The notes under the pieces are model-generated. The model was not told where the DNA came from. It worked only from the letters and a program-made list of their open reading frames with translations, and searched no databases. Positions 11,293 to 24,028 of a DNA stretch of 64,000 nt are shown one piece after another. Within the stretch, counting starts at the first letter, position 1. Each line of letters starts with the position of its first letter. Position numbers and translations under genes: made by a program. Source of the stretch: Eledone cirrhosa (lineage: Eukaryota); contig OZ024756.1 of assembly GCA_964016885.1 (NCBI GenBank), forward strand, positions 38,936,001 to 39,000,000, in the 5' to 3' direction.

Positions 11293-11942
11293 CATATATA
11301 TATATACACACATAGAAACACCAACCAACACATACATATAACCTCTGTTCTATAGAAATATACTTCTTCACAATGTATTTCATATTATTTTCATAAAATA
11401 GTAAGATTACTCATGTGTTTGTTTGTGTGTGTGTTTGTGGTTGTGTTTGTGTGTGGTTGTGTTTGTGTTTCTGTGTGTGTTATGACCATTGGAAACTATA
11501 AAGTAACCTTTGGTCAGTTTTACTTAGTTTCAATTGCTGATTAAAGTCATTTCATTTACAGTATAACAGTAATAATGATAATGAAAATTATTGTGTAAAT
11601 TAAAATAAAAATTCAGGTGCACTACAACTCATCAAAAGTGCATGTATAGTACATAGAATAATATACAAATGACAGAAAAGTGAACAGTTTATGAGTTATG
11701 ATATACACACAGACACACACACATATACATGCATGCATGTGTATGGAGGAGGAATATCAGGTGTAGTGTGGCGAATTTCAGGAAGCATGGACGTTTTGAA
11801 TGATGCAGTGTCCTGACAGCTAACAACTGAGGCAGGTAGTTTGTTCCATGCTTCAGCAATAACAGTCATATTCTAGGGTAGTGAAGGAATGTTGCAGCAT
11901 TCCATTGTGCTTATATCATTGCCTAGTCATATGACACCGGTA

Positions 11943-11945
<3 letters not shown>

Positions 11946-12010
<65 letters not shown>

Positions 12011-12427
12011 TATATATATATATGTACATATATATATATATGTACATATATATATATATATATGTACATATATATATATATATATATATGTACATATATA
12101 TATATGTACATATATATATATATGTACATATATATATATATGTACATATATATATATGTACATATATATATATGTACATATATATATATGTATATATATA
12201 TATATGTACATATATATATATGTACATATATATATATATATGTACATATATATATATGTACATATATATATATATATACATACATATATATATATATGTA
12301 CATATATATATATATATACATACATATATATATATATGTACATATATATATATGTACATATATATATATATATACATACATATATATATATATGTACATA
12401 TATATATATAAATGTACACATACACAC

Positions 12428-12458
<31 letters not shown>

Positions 12459-12478
12459 AATGTACACACACATGTATA

Positions 12479-12517
<39 letters not shown>

Positions 12518-12536
12518 CTATATATATGTATCTATC

Positions 12537-12586
<50 letters not shown>

Positions 12587-12627
12587 TGTATGTACATACA
12601 TATATATATATATGTACATATATATAT
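11946..12627. repeat. (TA)n and compound (TA)n-TGTACA microsatellite
   Basis: Direct reading; the unit is self-complementary. Confidence 0.95.
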
Positions 12628-12805
12628 TAACACCATATAGTCTTTACAGTGTGTGTCAGACATGATAAATGGTATGTGAATTTCTGTGTACAGATGGTTT
12701 ACTCTGGTGCTTCTGGCATATTTCTCATTGTCCATAATCTTGAGTAAATTCTTACAGATTATACAAGATTTTTTGTGGAACAGTAATATATATTACTGTC
12801 TTCTA

Positions 12806-12848
<43 letters not shown>

Positions 12849-12856
12849 TGTGTTCT

Positions 12857-13035
12857 ATCATCATCATCATCATCGTTTAACGTCCATCTTCCATGCTAGC
12901 ATGGGTTTGGACAGGAATTGTCCTACTTGAGGCAAGATTGGTTGTCTTGCTCGTATAGGACTGTCTGACGGGTTTTCTACGGCTGGATGCCCTTCCTAAC
13001 ACCAACCACGTTTACAGTGTGGACTGGGAGATTTT
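12857..13035 (-). mobile_element. SINE/LINE 3' tail ending in (ATG)n
   Basis: Reverse complement matches the tail at 16960-17088 (GGTTGGTGTTAGGAAGGGCA..CAGC.GTAGAAA...TGGACGT.AAA.GATGATG). Confidence 0.65.
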
Positions 13036-13141
13036 TACCGTGTTACTTACACGGCCACATTACAACGTGGACTGTGTTTTTTTGTTGTGACACCAACACG
13101 ACCTCATTTATTTAGGACTGGATGTTGTGGTACCAACATAA

Positions 13142-13176
<35 letters not shown>

Positions 13177-13399
13177 TCATCATCATCATCACCCTTTTAC
13201 ATCCATTCTTCCACGTCAGCATGGGTTAGACGTGTTATCCTGTTATGGGCAATATATATGTATATATATATTATAAAACAAATCATACACAAAACGCCAG
13301 CACCAACAGTTTTGCAAGAGATGTCAACATGAATGGACCTATTATTTTTATCTAAATACATTTTTTCCAATTCCATCCCGCCCATCTCCTCAATCTATT

Positions 13400-13535
13400 T
13401 TATTTCTCATTCTTTCTTCTGATGAAGGACTAGCGTCCGAAACGTTAAGACTCTCTTCCTGTTATATCAAGCATTAACCTAATATATACCTTCTATATAC
13501 TGTACCGATTGTGTTATTTCTGTTTACCTTTTACA
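13400..13535 (+). mobile_element. Family A Penelope-like terminal repeat with a minimal hammerhead ribozyme
   Basis: TCTT-CTGATGA-A-GGAC-TAGC-GTCC-GAAAC-GTT-AAGA at 13415-13450; ends in (TA)n; related copies at about 15105-15210(-), 50568-50680(-), 59862-59920(+) and 62521-62650(-). Confidence 0.75.
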
Positions 13536-13538
13536 TAT

Positions 13539-13577
<39 letters not shown>

Positions 13578-13578
<1 letters not shown>

Positions 13579-13771
13579 GAGGATTGACTAACTAGTTCAT
13601 AAGCTGACCAAGATACTCTCATGGAATGACCAAATGAGGTTTATTTTTCGACATAGTCCCTGGAAAGAAACAATGCAGTTATTAATAAGAAGAGTTGAAA
13701 TTAATGGATGCAAGATATAGCTCTCACATCACTTCTTCATAGTCAGCCTATGAACATTTCAGCTGATCCTC

Positions 13772-13772
<1 letters not shown>
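13578..13772. mobile_element. Tc1/mariner-type MITE
   Basis: Imperfect ~30-bp TIRs CGAGGATTGACTAACTAGTTCATAAGCTGAC / GTCAGCCTATGAACATTTCAGCTGATCCTCG, flanked by TA-type microsatellite. Confidence 0.65.
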
Positions 13773-13827
<55 letters not shown>

Positions 13828-14163
13828 ATATATATATATTTATATATATATATATTTATATATATATATATTTATATATATATATATTTATATATATATA
13901 TATTTATATATATATATATTTATATATATATATATTTATATATATATATATTTATATATATATATATTTATATATATATATTTATATATATATATATTTA
14001 TATATATATATATTTATATATATATATATTTATATATATATATATATTTATACATATATATATATTTATAACTGTTCTTAGCTGTATATATATTATGTAA
14101 TGGTATAGATAGTATATGTAATGGTTTCACAAGGCCAGCAACCTTTTGAGAAGGAAATATATA

Positions 14164-14746
14164 CAAGGTATCCACAAAGTCACAAGACATATATATACAC
14201 ACACACACGAGCTTGAGATCGGTGTGGAAGTTGGACCTTCGTAAAGACCTGAAAATCTGCCTCTTCATTGCTGTAGTGGAGTCTGTGCTGCTGTACGGGT
14301 CTGAGACTTGGACACTGACCAAGAAACTCACTCAGATGGTGGATGGCTGCTACACGAGAATGCTGAGGATGGCTCTGAATATTAATCAGTATACACTGAG
14401 GATGAAAAACTCAGAGCTGTATGGGAGCATCCCAAAAGTCAGCTCAAAAGTGACAGAGAGGAGACTGAGGTTAGCTGGACATGCTCACCGACATCCAGAG
14501 TTGACATTGCACTCAGTGCTCCTGTGGGAGCCCCTACATGGACACACTGGAAGAGGAAGACCAAGGTTAACGTATCTTGATGCCCTAAGGACAGACACTG
14601 GTCTGTTGGAGACGCAGGACATGGCAGCGATAATTAGGTACAGAGACCGCTGGAGAGATCTCGTCCATGGATCTCGGGAATTTTACCCGCCCTATATATA
14701 TATATATATTTGTATAAAATTATCTTGTGACTTTTGGGACACCCTG
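14164..14746. mobile_element. Tc1/mariner-type TIR pair enclosing an RTE fragment
   Basis: CAAGGTATCCACAAAGTCACAAGA (14164-14187) and TCTTGTGACTTTTGGGACACCCTG (14723-14746), each bounded by TA. Confidence 0.65.
14208..14692 (+). mobile_element. RTE-clade non-LTR retrotransposon, 5'-truncated 3' end (post-RT C-terminus)
   Basis: Translation LLYGSETWTLT...DGCYTRMLRMALNI...RRLRLAGH...LLWEP..G..GRGRPRLTY.D.L..DTGL is typical of the RTE C-terminus. Confidence 0.85.
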
Positions 14747-15598
14747 TATATATTCTCACTGGATGGTAACATAGTGTTATAATTAGCTTATGTATTAGTA
14801 ATATTTTATACATTTCCAAACAAGTTGAAGTATTCAGTTAGCTCACTTTATCTATATTGAGGTTTGTGATGCATACACAGACATATACACACAGACCATT
14901 TTGGTTGTCTCCTGTAAGGTGTTGTTGGTCTGATTTGCAAGGGGAAAGAACTAATACATGTCTAAGAAGACTGCAATAGCAATGCTGTGTGTGTGTATTT
15001 GTAGTTAGACTTGAAGTGGAGATAGAAAGCTACTATATATATACACACATTTATATATATATTTGTGTGTATATATATATGTATGTATTTAAAAGTGATA
15101 TCAAAACAAACAGCACAGTACCTGGAAGAAATATATTAGTTTAATGCTTGAAATAGCAGGAAGAGAGTCTTAATATTTCAGGCACACTACTCCTTTGTCA
15201 GAAGATAGAATTGAAAGTAAAGAGTGACGAGAAGAAGAAACGGGGAAAATATATAATGTTTGTGTGTTTGTGCGTATATATATATATAAAATGATGATGA
15301 TGATATATATATATATATATATAATGATTCACCATTTTGATCAATATATTTTATTTAACAAATTTCAATCCCGCCAAACTGTTGACTTATCTAATCTATA
15401 AATCTTATTTTACTGATTCACCTAATTGTGCCCCCGCCCCCCTCAGGCCCTGGTCTTTTCTAGTAAAAGGATAATTTCTTGTAAAATATGTCTCCTACTA
15501 GAACAATGTGATTCAATGCTATTTGCTATGATAACATCTTTTATTATTATTATTATTATTGTCCCCTACATGTCGGCCCTTGTGGCCAATAAATGAAA

Positions 15599-15630
<32 letters not shown>

Positions 15631-15960
15631 TCCTCTCTGTTTTCCTCATACCGTCCCATAATAAATATTAAAAATAAAAATAATAAAAAATGTATGTCTA
15701 ATAAACATAGACAAAGTTACATAAAATTTGTTGAAAAGTGATGCCTCTCCTCCCCCCTGTCACCTGAAATGGTTTGACCAGACCTGTCAACTCTCCCCCG
15801 TCCCTTCGGGAGATTTGCAATAGCCTTTGGGGTGGGTGAGAGATGTCTTCTCTTGTGTAAATGGGTATAGCTTTCATTATGTAAAATCTCCCCATTTTTA
15901 TCTCATTCCTCCTCATTTTGGGCAGTTTTTTTTTTATGGTACAAGTAGAAACAATTATAT

Positions 15961-16026
<66 letters not shown>

Positions 16027-16691
16027 GCACACACATATATATATATACACACACACGCACACACGAATAAACATGGGACATAACTCTTCCATTTTTCCTT
16101 TTTTTTTTTTTTTGCTACTACTTCAAGTCACACTTGAAAATATGGATAATTTAGTTTTTCTGTTCAGACATTAGTTATAGTAAATTATCCAGTGTGTTTA
16201 CTTCAACAAGGAAGAAAGACCGACATGATAATTAAAAAAGAAAGAAAGGTTGTATTAAATCTTTGATACTCTAAAAATATCAACTAACGACATTATTTTG
16301 GCTAATACAAGATGGTATCAGTTACCTCCCTTAGACTACACACACAGTTTTGTATTGTCTGTAACTGACTTTCACACATCTATGGCAGACAGTTTGACCT
16401 AATATTCACCGTTCCACCATTCCTAACACCATCAACCCCACTCATAATCGTAAATAGATTTTATTTAGATACACTCAACGTTCTGTCTTCTTTCTTGTAT
16501 GACTAATCTTCTTCATCTTTGGATTAAAGAGAATCTCCCCTCGCATTCTCTCTCTTTCTCTCTCTGTCTCTCTCTCTCTCTATATATATATATATACACA
16601 CACACACACATATATATATATATGATCCATGAAGCCAGATGTAATACTTTGGTCTGAAAGGATAAAAAAGAAGATAACCCTGATTGGATTA

Positions 16692-16753
<62 letters not shown>

Positions 16754-16756
16754 GGA

Positions 16757-17088
16757 GGCACATGGCTTAGTGGTTAGAGCATTGGCCTTGTAATCGAAAG
16801 GTTGTGAGTTCAATTCTCACACCAGCTGATGTGTTGTTTCCCTGAGCAAGACACTTTATTTCACATTGCTCCAGTTTACTCAGCTGTAGAAATGAGATGA
16901 TAGGGACTGGGGGTCCTTATCAATCCACTGTAAAGTGGACGTGTAGGCGCCACGGAAAAAAAGCACCCAGCACTCACTGTAAATGAGGTTGGTGTTAGGA
17001 AGGGCACCCAGCTGTAGAAATCAAGCCAGAATCAGTTCCCGTCCCACCCTTGCAAGCAGGGAAAATTGGACGTAAAATGAAATGATGA
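16757..17088 (+). mobile_element. tRNA-derived SINE, family S2 (CORE-like centre), with an alternative LINE-type tail
   Basis: A box TGGCTTAGTGG, B box GAGTTCAATTC, central CCCTGAGCAAGACACTT...TTGCTCCAG. Confidence 0.8.
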
Positions 17089-18582
17089 TATATATATATA
17101 TATAATGATACGAAACGAAAGGAGCTGTGTGGTTACTAAAAACAAGGTTTAGGATGGTGGTTAGGACGGAACAAGAGGAGAAAAGAAAGAATCCTTCGTC
17201 AGCTGTAAATTCGCGATCCAGATGTTTCGGCGCTTATTTAAAGGACATCTGTAGTGATCGGGTGCGCCCGAGGTTTTTCCGAATCAAAAGACTAGGAGGA
17301 AAAGGAGAGAAAAAAAAGGAAGGGAAAAGAGGAAGAAGAACAAAGGGGGAAAGGTGGTGAAGAGAAAGGAAGAAAGAGAAAAGGAAAAAAAAGGAGAATA
17401 AAACAGGTGAACAGATCCCATCGTGGGAGGACACAGGACAAAGAAACAAGCAAATGAGTGACTGTGAAAAAAAGGATAAGTAAGTTATAGCAAACCTGAT
17501 AGACTTAAGCCTGGCTCTAACTAGAAGACGGTATTTTGTGTGTGAGTATATATATATATTCTGCTTCCTAGAATCAAGACGTATCTGAGGACCTTGCGAT
17601 TTTCAAAGTCAGGTTCGATCATCACGTCGATCGTGCCTCGAGCTGGTCGCCAGAGAAACGATTGTAATATGTCCAATAAATTCCATTCGTCACAACACTG
17701 ATTCTCCTTTTTTCTGTGATATATATATAAGCAATGAGTTATTTAATTTGTTGGTTATTCAACAAATTTAGTTTGTAACAGATTAGAAGCACTCTACAGT
17801 ATTTCTTCTGGAGTATAATATCAATAATATTAATAAATGATGTTTTCGAACTTACTTTGGATGTCTGTAGAATGTCTTCCTAATAGACTCTATAGACATA
17901 TAAATACTTAATATCATTAACCTATGCATATATATAAGGAATGCTATCAAAATACATATATAAACATTTTTATCTTAGAAAATATGTAATATATGATACT
18001 ATAAAATCATATATAAAATAATTTCTCATAATTAGAATCTTTTTTTAAAAGTAAATTCTAGAATAAGCGGTAAATATAAATTAACTACTTCCATTTTCTT
18101 AAAACATATATTGAAAGTGTAAACAAAAATTTATCGTAATTCTTCACATATAAAAAAATATTTAAATTATCTATCTATTAAAAAACAACATATATACTCA
18201 CCCAAATTATTTATATATAAATAACCTGTCGTAATATAATAAAATAAAATATACTTACAACTCTAATCTTCATAAAATATACTTACAAATACTATCTTTA
18301 TAATATTAAAACACACCAATAGAATAGACCCAATCATATATATGAATACAATATATCTCTCACTTTTTAAATTATTATTCTCTCACTTTAACAAATTTAT
18401 AATTTTCACATTATATTATAGATACCCCCAAAATATATAATTAAATAATTAAATATAATTATTTCACTCTTTCTTCACCCCCACAAATATGCTCCATGCA
18501 ATTTATATACATATATTAATATTAATAGTATACTTTTAACTCTAATTTTTCTTATATTCTTTCCTTAAATTTCTTCCACCCT

Positions 18583-18765
18583 AATAATTGTTTCTACTTT
18601 TGGCACAAGGCCAGCAATTAACCAGTACATTACTGGTACTTTATTTTATCAACCCCGTAAGGATGAAAGGCAAAGTTAACGTCGACGGGATTTGAACTCA
18701 AACCGTAAAGGGACGTAACTATGGTAGAAAGCATGGCGTCCAACCTTCTACTTCCACCCTAATAA
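18583..18765 (-). mobile_element. tRNA-derived SINE, family S1 (Meta-domain-like)
   Basis: Reverse complement contains GAGTTCAAATCC and GCCTTTCATCCTTACGGGG.TGATAAAATAAAGTACC; tail ...GGCCTTGTGCCAAAAGTAGAAACAATT. Confidence 0.8.
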
Positions 18766-19318
18766 TAATCTCTATCTCCCTTTCCCTTAAAAAAATAATC
18801 CTAATAATTAATTAAATTTATCCAGCGTCTAAATATAACGATCTTTTTCAATTTTAACCTTACCCTCATTAGCATATTCATCCTATGATTTGAAATTCTT
18901 TTTCACTATTCAAACAGAACGCAAAACGTTAAGTTCTTGTTTCGAATATGTCACTCTGTAAAACAACTTTTGTATTTTATCTGATGAGAGATAGATATGT
19001 TTCTTTATTAGCCACAGGGGCACAAAAGAAGGGGACAAATACAAAGGGGGAAGTTTACATACAATAAAAACGTGTAAAATATTATCACAAATGCAATTTA
19101 AAAAATTAGTCGATTTTCCCCAATAGGGGAGACAGTTCATATGGGTAACACATACCCCCGAAAAAAAAATGTGCAACCCTCATCTCCAGGAGTGCGAAGA
19201 GTTTGTACTCCTTTCCTCTCCTCCTCCTTTTCCCCAACCTACAGGCTGATATAGAGAGAAGGCCCATTCACTCGGGCCATTCTCGCCACTTTCACCCACC
19301 TTTCATAAAACTATCTGA

Positions 19319-19396
<78 letters not shown>

Positions 19397-19404
<8 letters not shown>

Positions 19405-19598
19405 TAAAATAACAGACTAAAGTTTAAGCAAAGAATCGCTGCTTTCACCCTTAACCGTTAAGGGTGAAAGCAACGATTCTTTGCTTAAACTTTCGTCTGT
19501 TATTTTAATAAATATTTGCTCTACGGTTCTTATATATTTGATATATATTTATCCTGATCGAACCCTCTTTGGATTTTAGTCTTCAAATTTATTATTAT

Positions 19599-19602
<4 letters not shown>
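19397..19602 (+). mobile_element. Family B fold-back element (palindrome plus unique 3' tail) in (TA)n
   Basis: Arms of ~58 bp around a 1-nt spacer at 19456, then a unique tail ending ATTATTACTA. Confidence 0.8.
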
Positions 19603-19626
<24 letters not shown>

Positions 19627-19634
<8 letters not shown>

Positions 19635-19855
19635 TAAAATAACAGATTAAAGTTTAAGCAAAGAATCGCTGCTTTCACCCTTAACGGGATCTTCTGAAGT
19701 TTCAGAAGATCCCGTTAAGGGTGAAAGCAGCGATTCTTTGCTTAAACATTAATCTGTTATTTTAATAAATATTTGCTCTACGGTTCTTATATATTTGATA
19801 TATATTTATCCTTATCGAACCCTCTTTGGATTTTAGTCTTCAAATTTATTATTAT

Positions 19856-19860
<5 letters not shown>
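19627..19860 (+). mobile_element. Second family B fold-back element
   Basis: Arms of ~72 bp around GT (19699-19700); same tail as the first copy; hammerhead-like CAGAAGA-TCCC-GTTAA-GGG-T-GAAA. Confidence 0.8.
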
Positions 19861-19914
<54 letters not shown>

Positions 19915-19925
19915 GAGAGAGAAAT

Positions 19926-20343
19926 GAGAAACAAAACGAGGATGTAGTATATGAAACGCCCAAATGATTTAGAAGTCGACCTTAAGTAGGAGCAATAACA
20001 TTAAGAAAGACATGAACTACACCACAACACTTTGTTTTGAAAATGTTGAAAGTAGTTTTATAAGTATGAATTTTCATAAAATTTTCGTAGTCGTCTCTGT
20101 GGTCTAGCGGTAGGAACTAGAGAGGGTGGAGGTCCTGGTCTGGAGTTAATCCTGGTTAACATTTTTTCAGTTTTTATTTTACAACCAATAGAAAAAAACT
20201 GAAAAGGTTTACCGGGAACCCTACTCCCGGCCAGGATCGAACTTCGAACCAGGATCACCAGCGTCTATGATCCCTCCAGCTAGGCCACCGAGACAGCTAC
20301 AAAAGTATAATGAAAATTAATATTTATAAACCTACTTTGAAAA
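19926..20343. mobile_element. Dispersed palindromic element with two convergent tRNA-like units (copy 1)
   Basis: Matches the reverse complement of about 41120-41548; A box TGGTCTAGCGG at 20100 on +, and TGGCCTAGCTGG/AGTTCGATCC on -. Confidence 0.75.
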
Positions 20344-20411
20344 TCAGAGAGAGAGAGTGAAAGAGCCGGAGAGATAGATAGATAGGTAGATAGGTATATA
20401 TATTTATATAT

Positions 20412-20448
<37 letters not shown>

Positions 20449-21489
20449 AGATTGAGACACTCCGATAATCACATAAGGGGAAAGATCGATTTCATTTTTT
20501 AAAAAAAGAAACCTAAAAAAAACGTAAAATTTCTCTCTGAAGACATTTCTAAACAAAAAACAAAGAAACATAACAGGAATTTCCTGTGACATTTACAGAC
20601 AACCTTTCGTAAAGAAACACTATTTTATTCCTACGAAATGTCAATTAAAAAAAACTCAGTGTAATTTGTCACCAGTCAATTCTTCTTAAAGTGAAACTTC
20701 CGGATTTACAGCTTATTTTTTTTTAGTAGATACTTGTGAATGTCATTTAATATATATATATATTTTCCAATACAAATCTGTTACAGAAGAATACACACAG
20801 CACGATGCGTGTTTTGTAGTCCTGACAAATTAGTGGGCTGTAAATAAATGAATATATTTATATATAGATCTAAAAAAAAAATCCAAAAGCTAAAAATCCA
20901 AAACGAAAAATCAAAAACTAAATTCAAATAACGTAAAAAAAAAAAAAAATCAAATCTAGAACAATACTTTTACTCTTTTAATGTCATTAGGTAGATGATG
21001 TGTAAGAACTACTTCAACTGGCATTAAAAATATCCGTTATTATACCACCACCACCACCTCCACCACGACCATCATCATCATCATCAAATCAACAGCACCA
21101 ACAGCCAACGCTAAACGTGAAAATACATGTGAATTTTCCATCTTATTAGAGATGTTGCTTTTATAAAAAAACATATATTTATATATATTTAAAAAAATGT
21201 TCGTATATCGACTATATTGAGGTAACGTGTCTACAGGCGTCACAAACTTAGTTTCTTACTAGCAAAAAAAAAACAAAACTGGATCATAAAGAGATGTTTT
21301 CTGTGGTGGGTTTTGTTTTAATAAAAATGTTTTAAATACATTTTGAACTCTTCCTATCTTCGACACATTTCGCAGTAATAATTAGTTCTCTTTTGTGGTT
21401 ATAAACCCGGAGAAGGAAGGGAAGGTAATGGCTTTAGGGTCACAGAAGAATGGGAGTGGGGAGAGGGAGGGTGATAGGCTCTAGGGCCT

Positions 21490-21585
21490 AGGGCTCGGCG
21501 GTATTGTGGCTGCGCGGCACGGACAGGACTGCAAAAGTATTCCCGCGGACAATGGCCAGCGACACCCGCTGCAACAGCCACCCTA
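21490..21585 (-). mobile_element. CRE-type (restriction-like endonuclease) non-LTR retrotransposon 3' fragment
   Basis: Translation WLLQRVSLAIVRGNTFAVL resembles the QRxSxAxxRGN C-terminal motif. Confidence 0.55.
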
Positions 21586-21639
21586 CCTCACGGGTATATT
21601 TCAAAGCTTTACTGCTTTCACTATAATGCTCCTTTGTGA

Positions 21640-21692
21640 ACACAGTGTAACACAGTGTGACACAGTGTGACACAGTGTGACACAGTGTGACA
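21640..21692. repeat. 10-bp tandem repeat (CACAGTGTGA) x5
   Basis: Direct reading. Confidence 0.9.
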
Positions 21693-21904
21693 TAGTTTCG
21701 CCATCATTAAGTTCTGGGTTCAATTTTACTGCGTGGCATCTTGTGGGGAATGTCTTTTACCATTGCTTCGGGTTGACCAACAAGTGAAACCAAACAAACA
21801 GAAAACTGTTGGAAGTCCATCGGGTGGACAATATCTGTATTTCAAACGGCCAGTCATGTATAAAATGATTCCAGCTTCCCTGGAACTATTCTCCCAGGAT
21901 CATT

Positions 21905-22100
21905 ATAATAGTTGTTTCTACTTTTGACACAAGGCCAGCAATTATCTCAGTGCATTACTGGTACTTTATTTTATCGACCCCGTAAGGATTAATGGCAAAG
22001 TTAACTTCGGCGGGATTTGAACTCAGACTGCAAAGGGGCATAACTCTATGTTGCAGAGCATGGTGTCCGACCTTCCACCGGTACGGTCAATCCACCGCCA
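21905..22100 (-). mobile_element. SINE family S1, full length
   Basis: Head GGCGGTGGATTG..., B box and Meta-like centre on the minus strand. Confidence 0.85.
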
Positions 22101-22486
22101 TCATAATAGTGGCAATGTCTTTAGAGTCGAATAAGCAGCTTGGAAAAATAGTTAGGGGATGTGCTGAGCAATTACTAATTAACCTTTTGTGTCTCCTTCA
22201 CACATCGTCCCTTCAGATTGAACTCTGTTGTTGGTTTTTAGTGGATGGGGTCCTTGTCTGTTAAGGGGTTTGTTCAGTTTGAGTTATTGTTGAAGAGATG
22301 AGAGATGAGAGTGCCATGGAGGAAGCGATTAACATCTATCGAGCACAAGAACTGTCTGTTGTGGTTGTCTTCATGTAATTCCTTGTTGCCAAAGGGACTC
22401 CCTGCTTTTGCAGAGGGTGGAAACTAACTGTTTTCTTTAGGTAATTCTGTGGGTACATGAAAGATATATACGACCACAAATACTGC

Positions 22487-22572
<86 letters not shown>

Positions 22573-22607
22573 TCTCTATGTATCTATATAATTTATTGTT
22601 ATTTATT

Positions 22608-22826
22608 AATTGTTTCTACTTTAGGCACAAGGCCAACAATTACCCAGTGCATTACTGGTACTTTATGCACTGGGTTATTTATTAATGTTATTTATTAAGT
22701 TATAATATTATAAGTTCAAATTGCCGCCCAGGTTGACTTTGCCTTTCATCCTTACGGGGTCGATAAAATAAAGTACCAGTAATGCACTGGGTAATTGCTG
22801 GCCTTGTGCCTAAAGTAGAAACAGTT
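22608..22826. mobile_element. Head-to-head pair of SINE S1 3' portions
   Basis: 22608-22666(-) and 22713-22826(+) are mutually complementary. Confidence 0.75.
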
Positions 22827-22945
22827 ATTTATTAAGTTATATGATTTTTATGTAAAACCCCCGCCGTCACGTCTTGTAATGTCCCCCTTTTGTACGCCCC
22901 TGTGGCAAATAAAGAAAGATATCTATCTATGTATCTATCTATCTA

Positions 22946-23016
<71 letters not shown>

Positions 23017-23158
23017 CAGTATATATATATAGACACATATTTATTATATGTATGTATATGCATATATATTTATACATACACATAAAAACGGTGCCCCATC
23101 ATGGCACCAGTCCAATGAGAGAAACTAGTGAAAACGATAAAAGAATTAGCAAACACAC

Positions 23159-23224
<66 letters not shown>

Positions 23225-24028
23225 GATACAACAAAATATATAGATAGAAAATTGGATACAAAATTTGTTTCAAATGGCAAATTGGGGGGAGGGGGGAGAA
23301 CCCATAAAAAATCGATATTTCTGTCTGATGCTTGAAATATTTTCACTTTTATTCATTTTAACTTTTTTTTTTTTAAATAGAGAAATTATTTAAATTTAAT
23401 TTGTTGGTAGATTAACAACATTTAAACAAAAGTCTTCATTTCATTGATTTAACATAATTACAATAAAATTTTGATAAAAGAAAAAAAAATCCTGTCTATT
23501 CTAAATTTTACTCAGAAATTTCCAGTTTTTTAATTTTAATTTTATTTTTATTTATTTTTATTTTTATTCATTTTTAACTTTTTAAATTTTAATTTTATTT
23601 TTTAATTTAAAAAAAAATTCACTTTTTATTTTTATTTTATATATATATTTTTGAGGATTTGGTCTCGTAAGTCTAAAATAATTTTATTTGAAAGTGTTGT
23701 GTAAAATTACTTCTCTCATTTTTCATCCAACGTTTGTAATTAATTATTTAATTCTTTGCTTGATTAATATCTACTGTCGACATCCAGTGTCTGAATTTAG
23801 TGTGAAATTTACTGTTTTTGGTTGGTCGGTCTTTTTTATAAGTGAAACATTTCGACAAGTGTAAAATATTCTATCTCGCGCTCTCTCTTTCAACACACAA
23901 CACAGACACACACACACAGACATATACACATATATGTACATACATACATATATGATATATACATACATACATGATATATGATGGCTGCCCCCTCGTTATC
24001 GAGGATGGCCATTGCACGATATACCATT

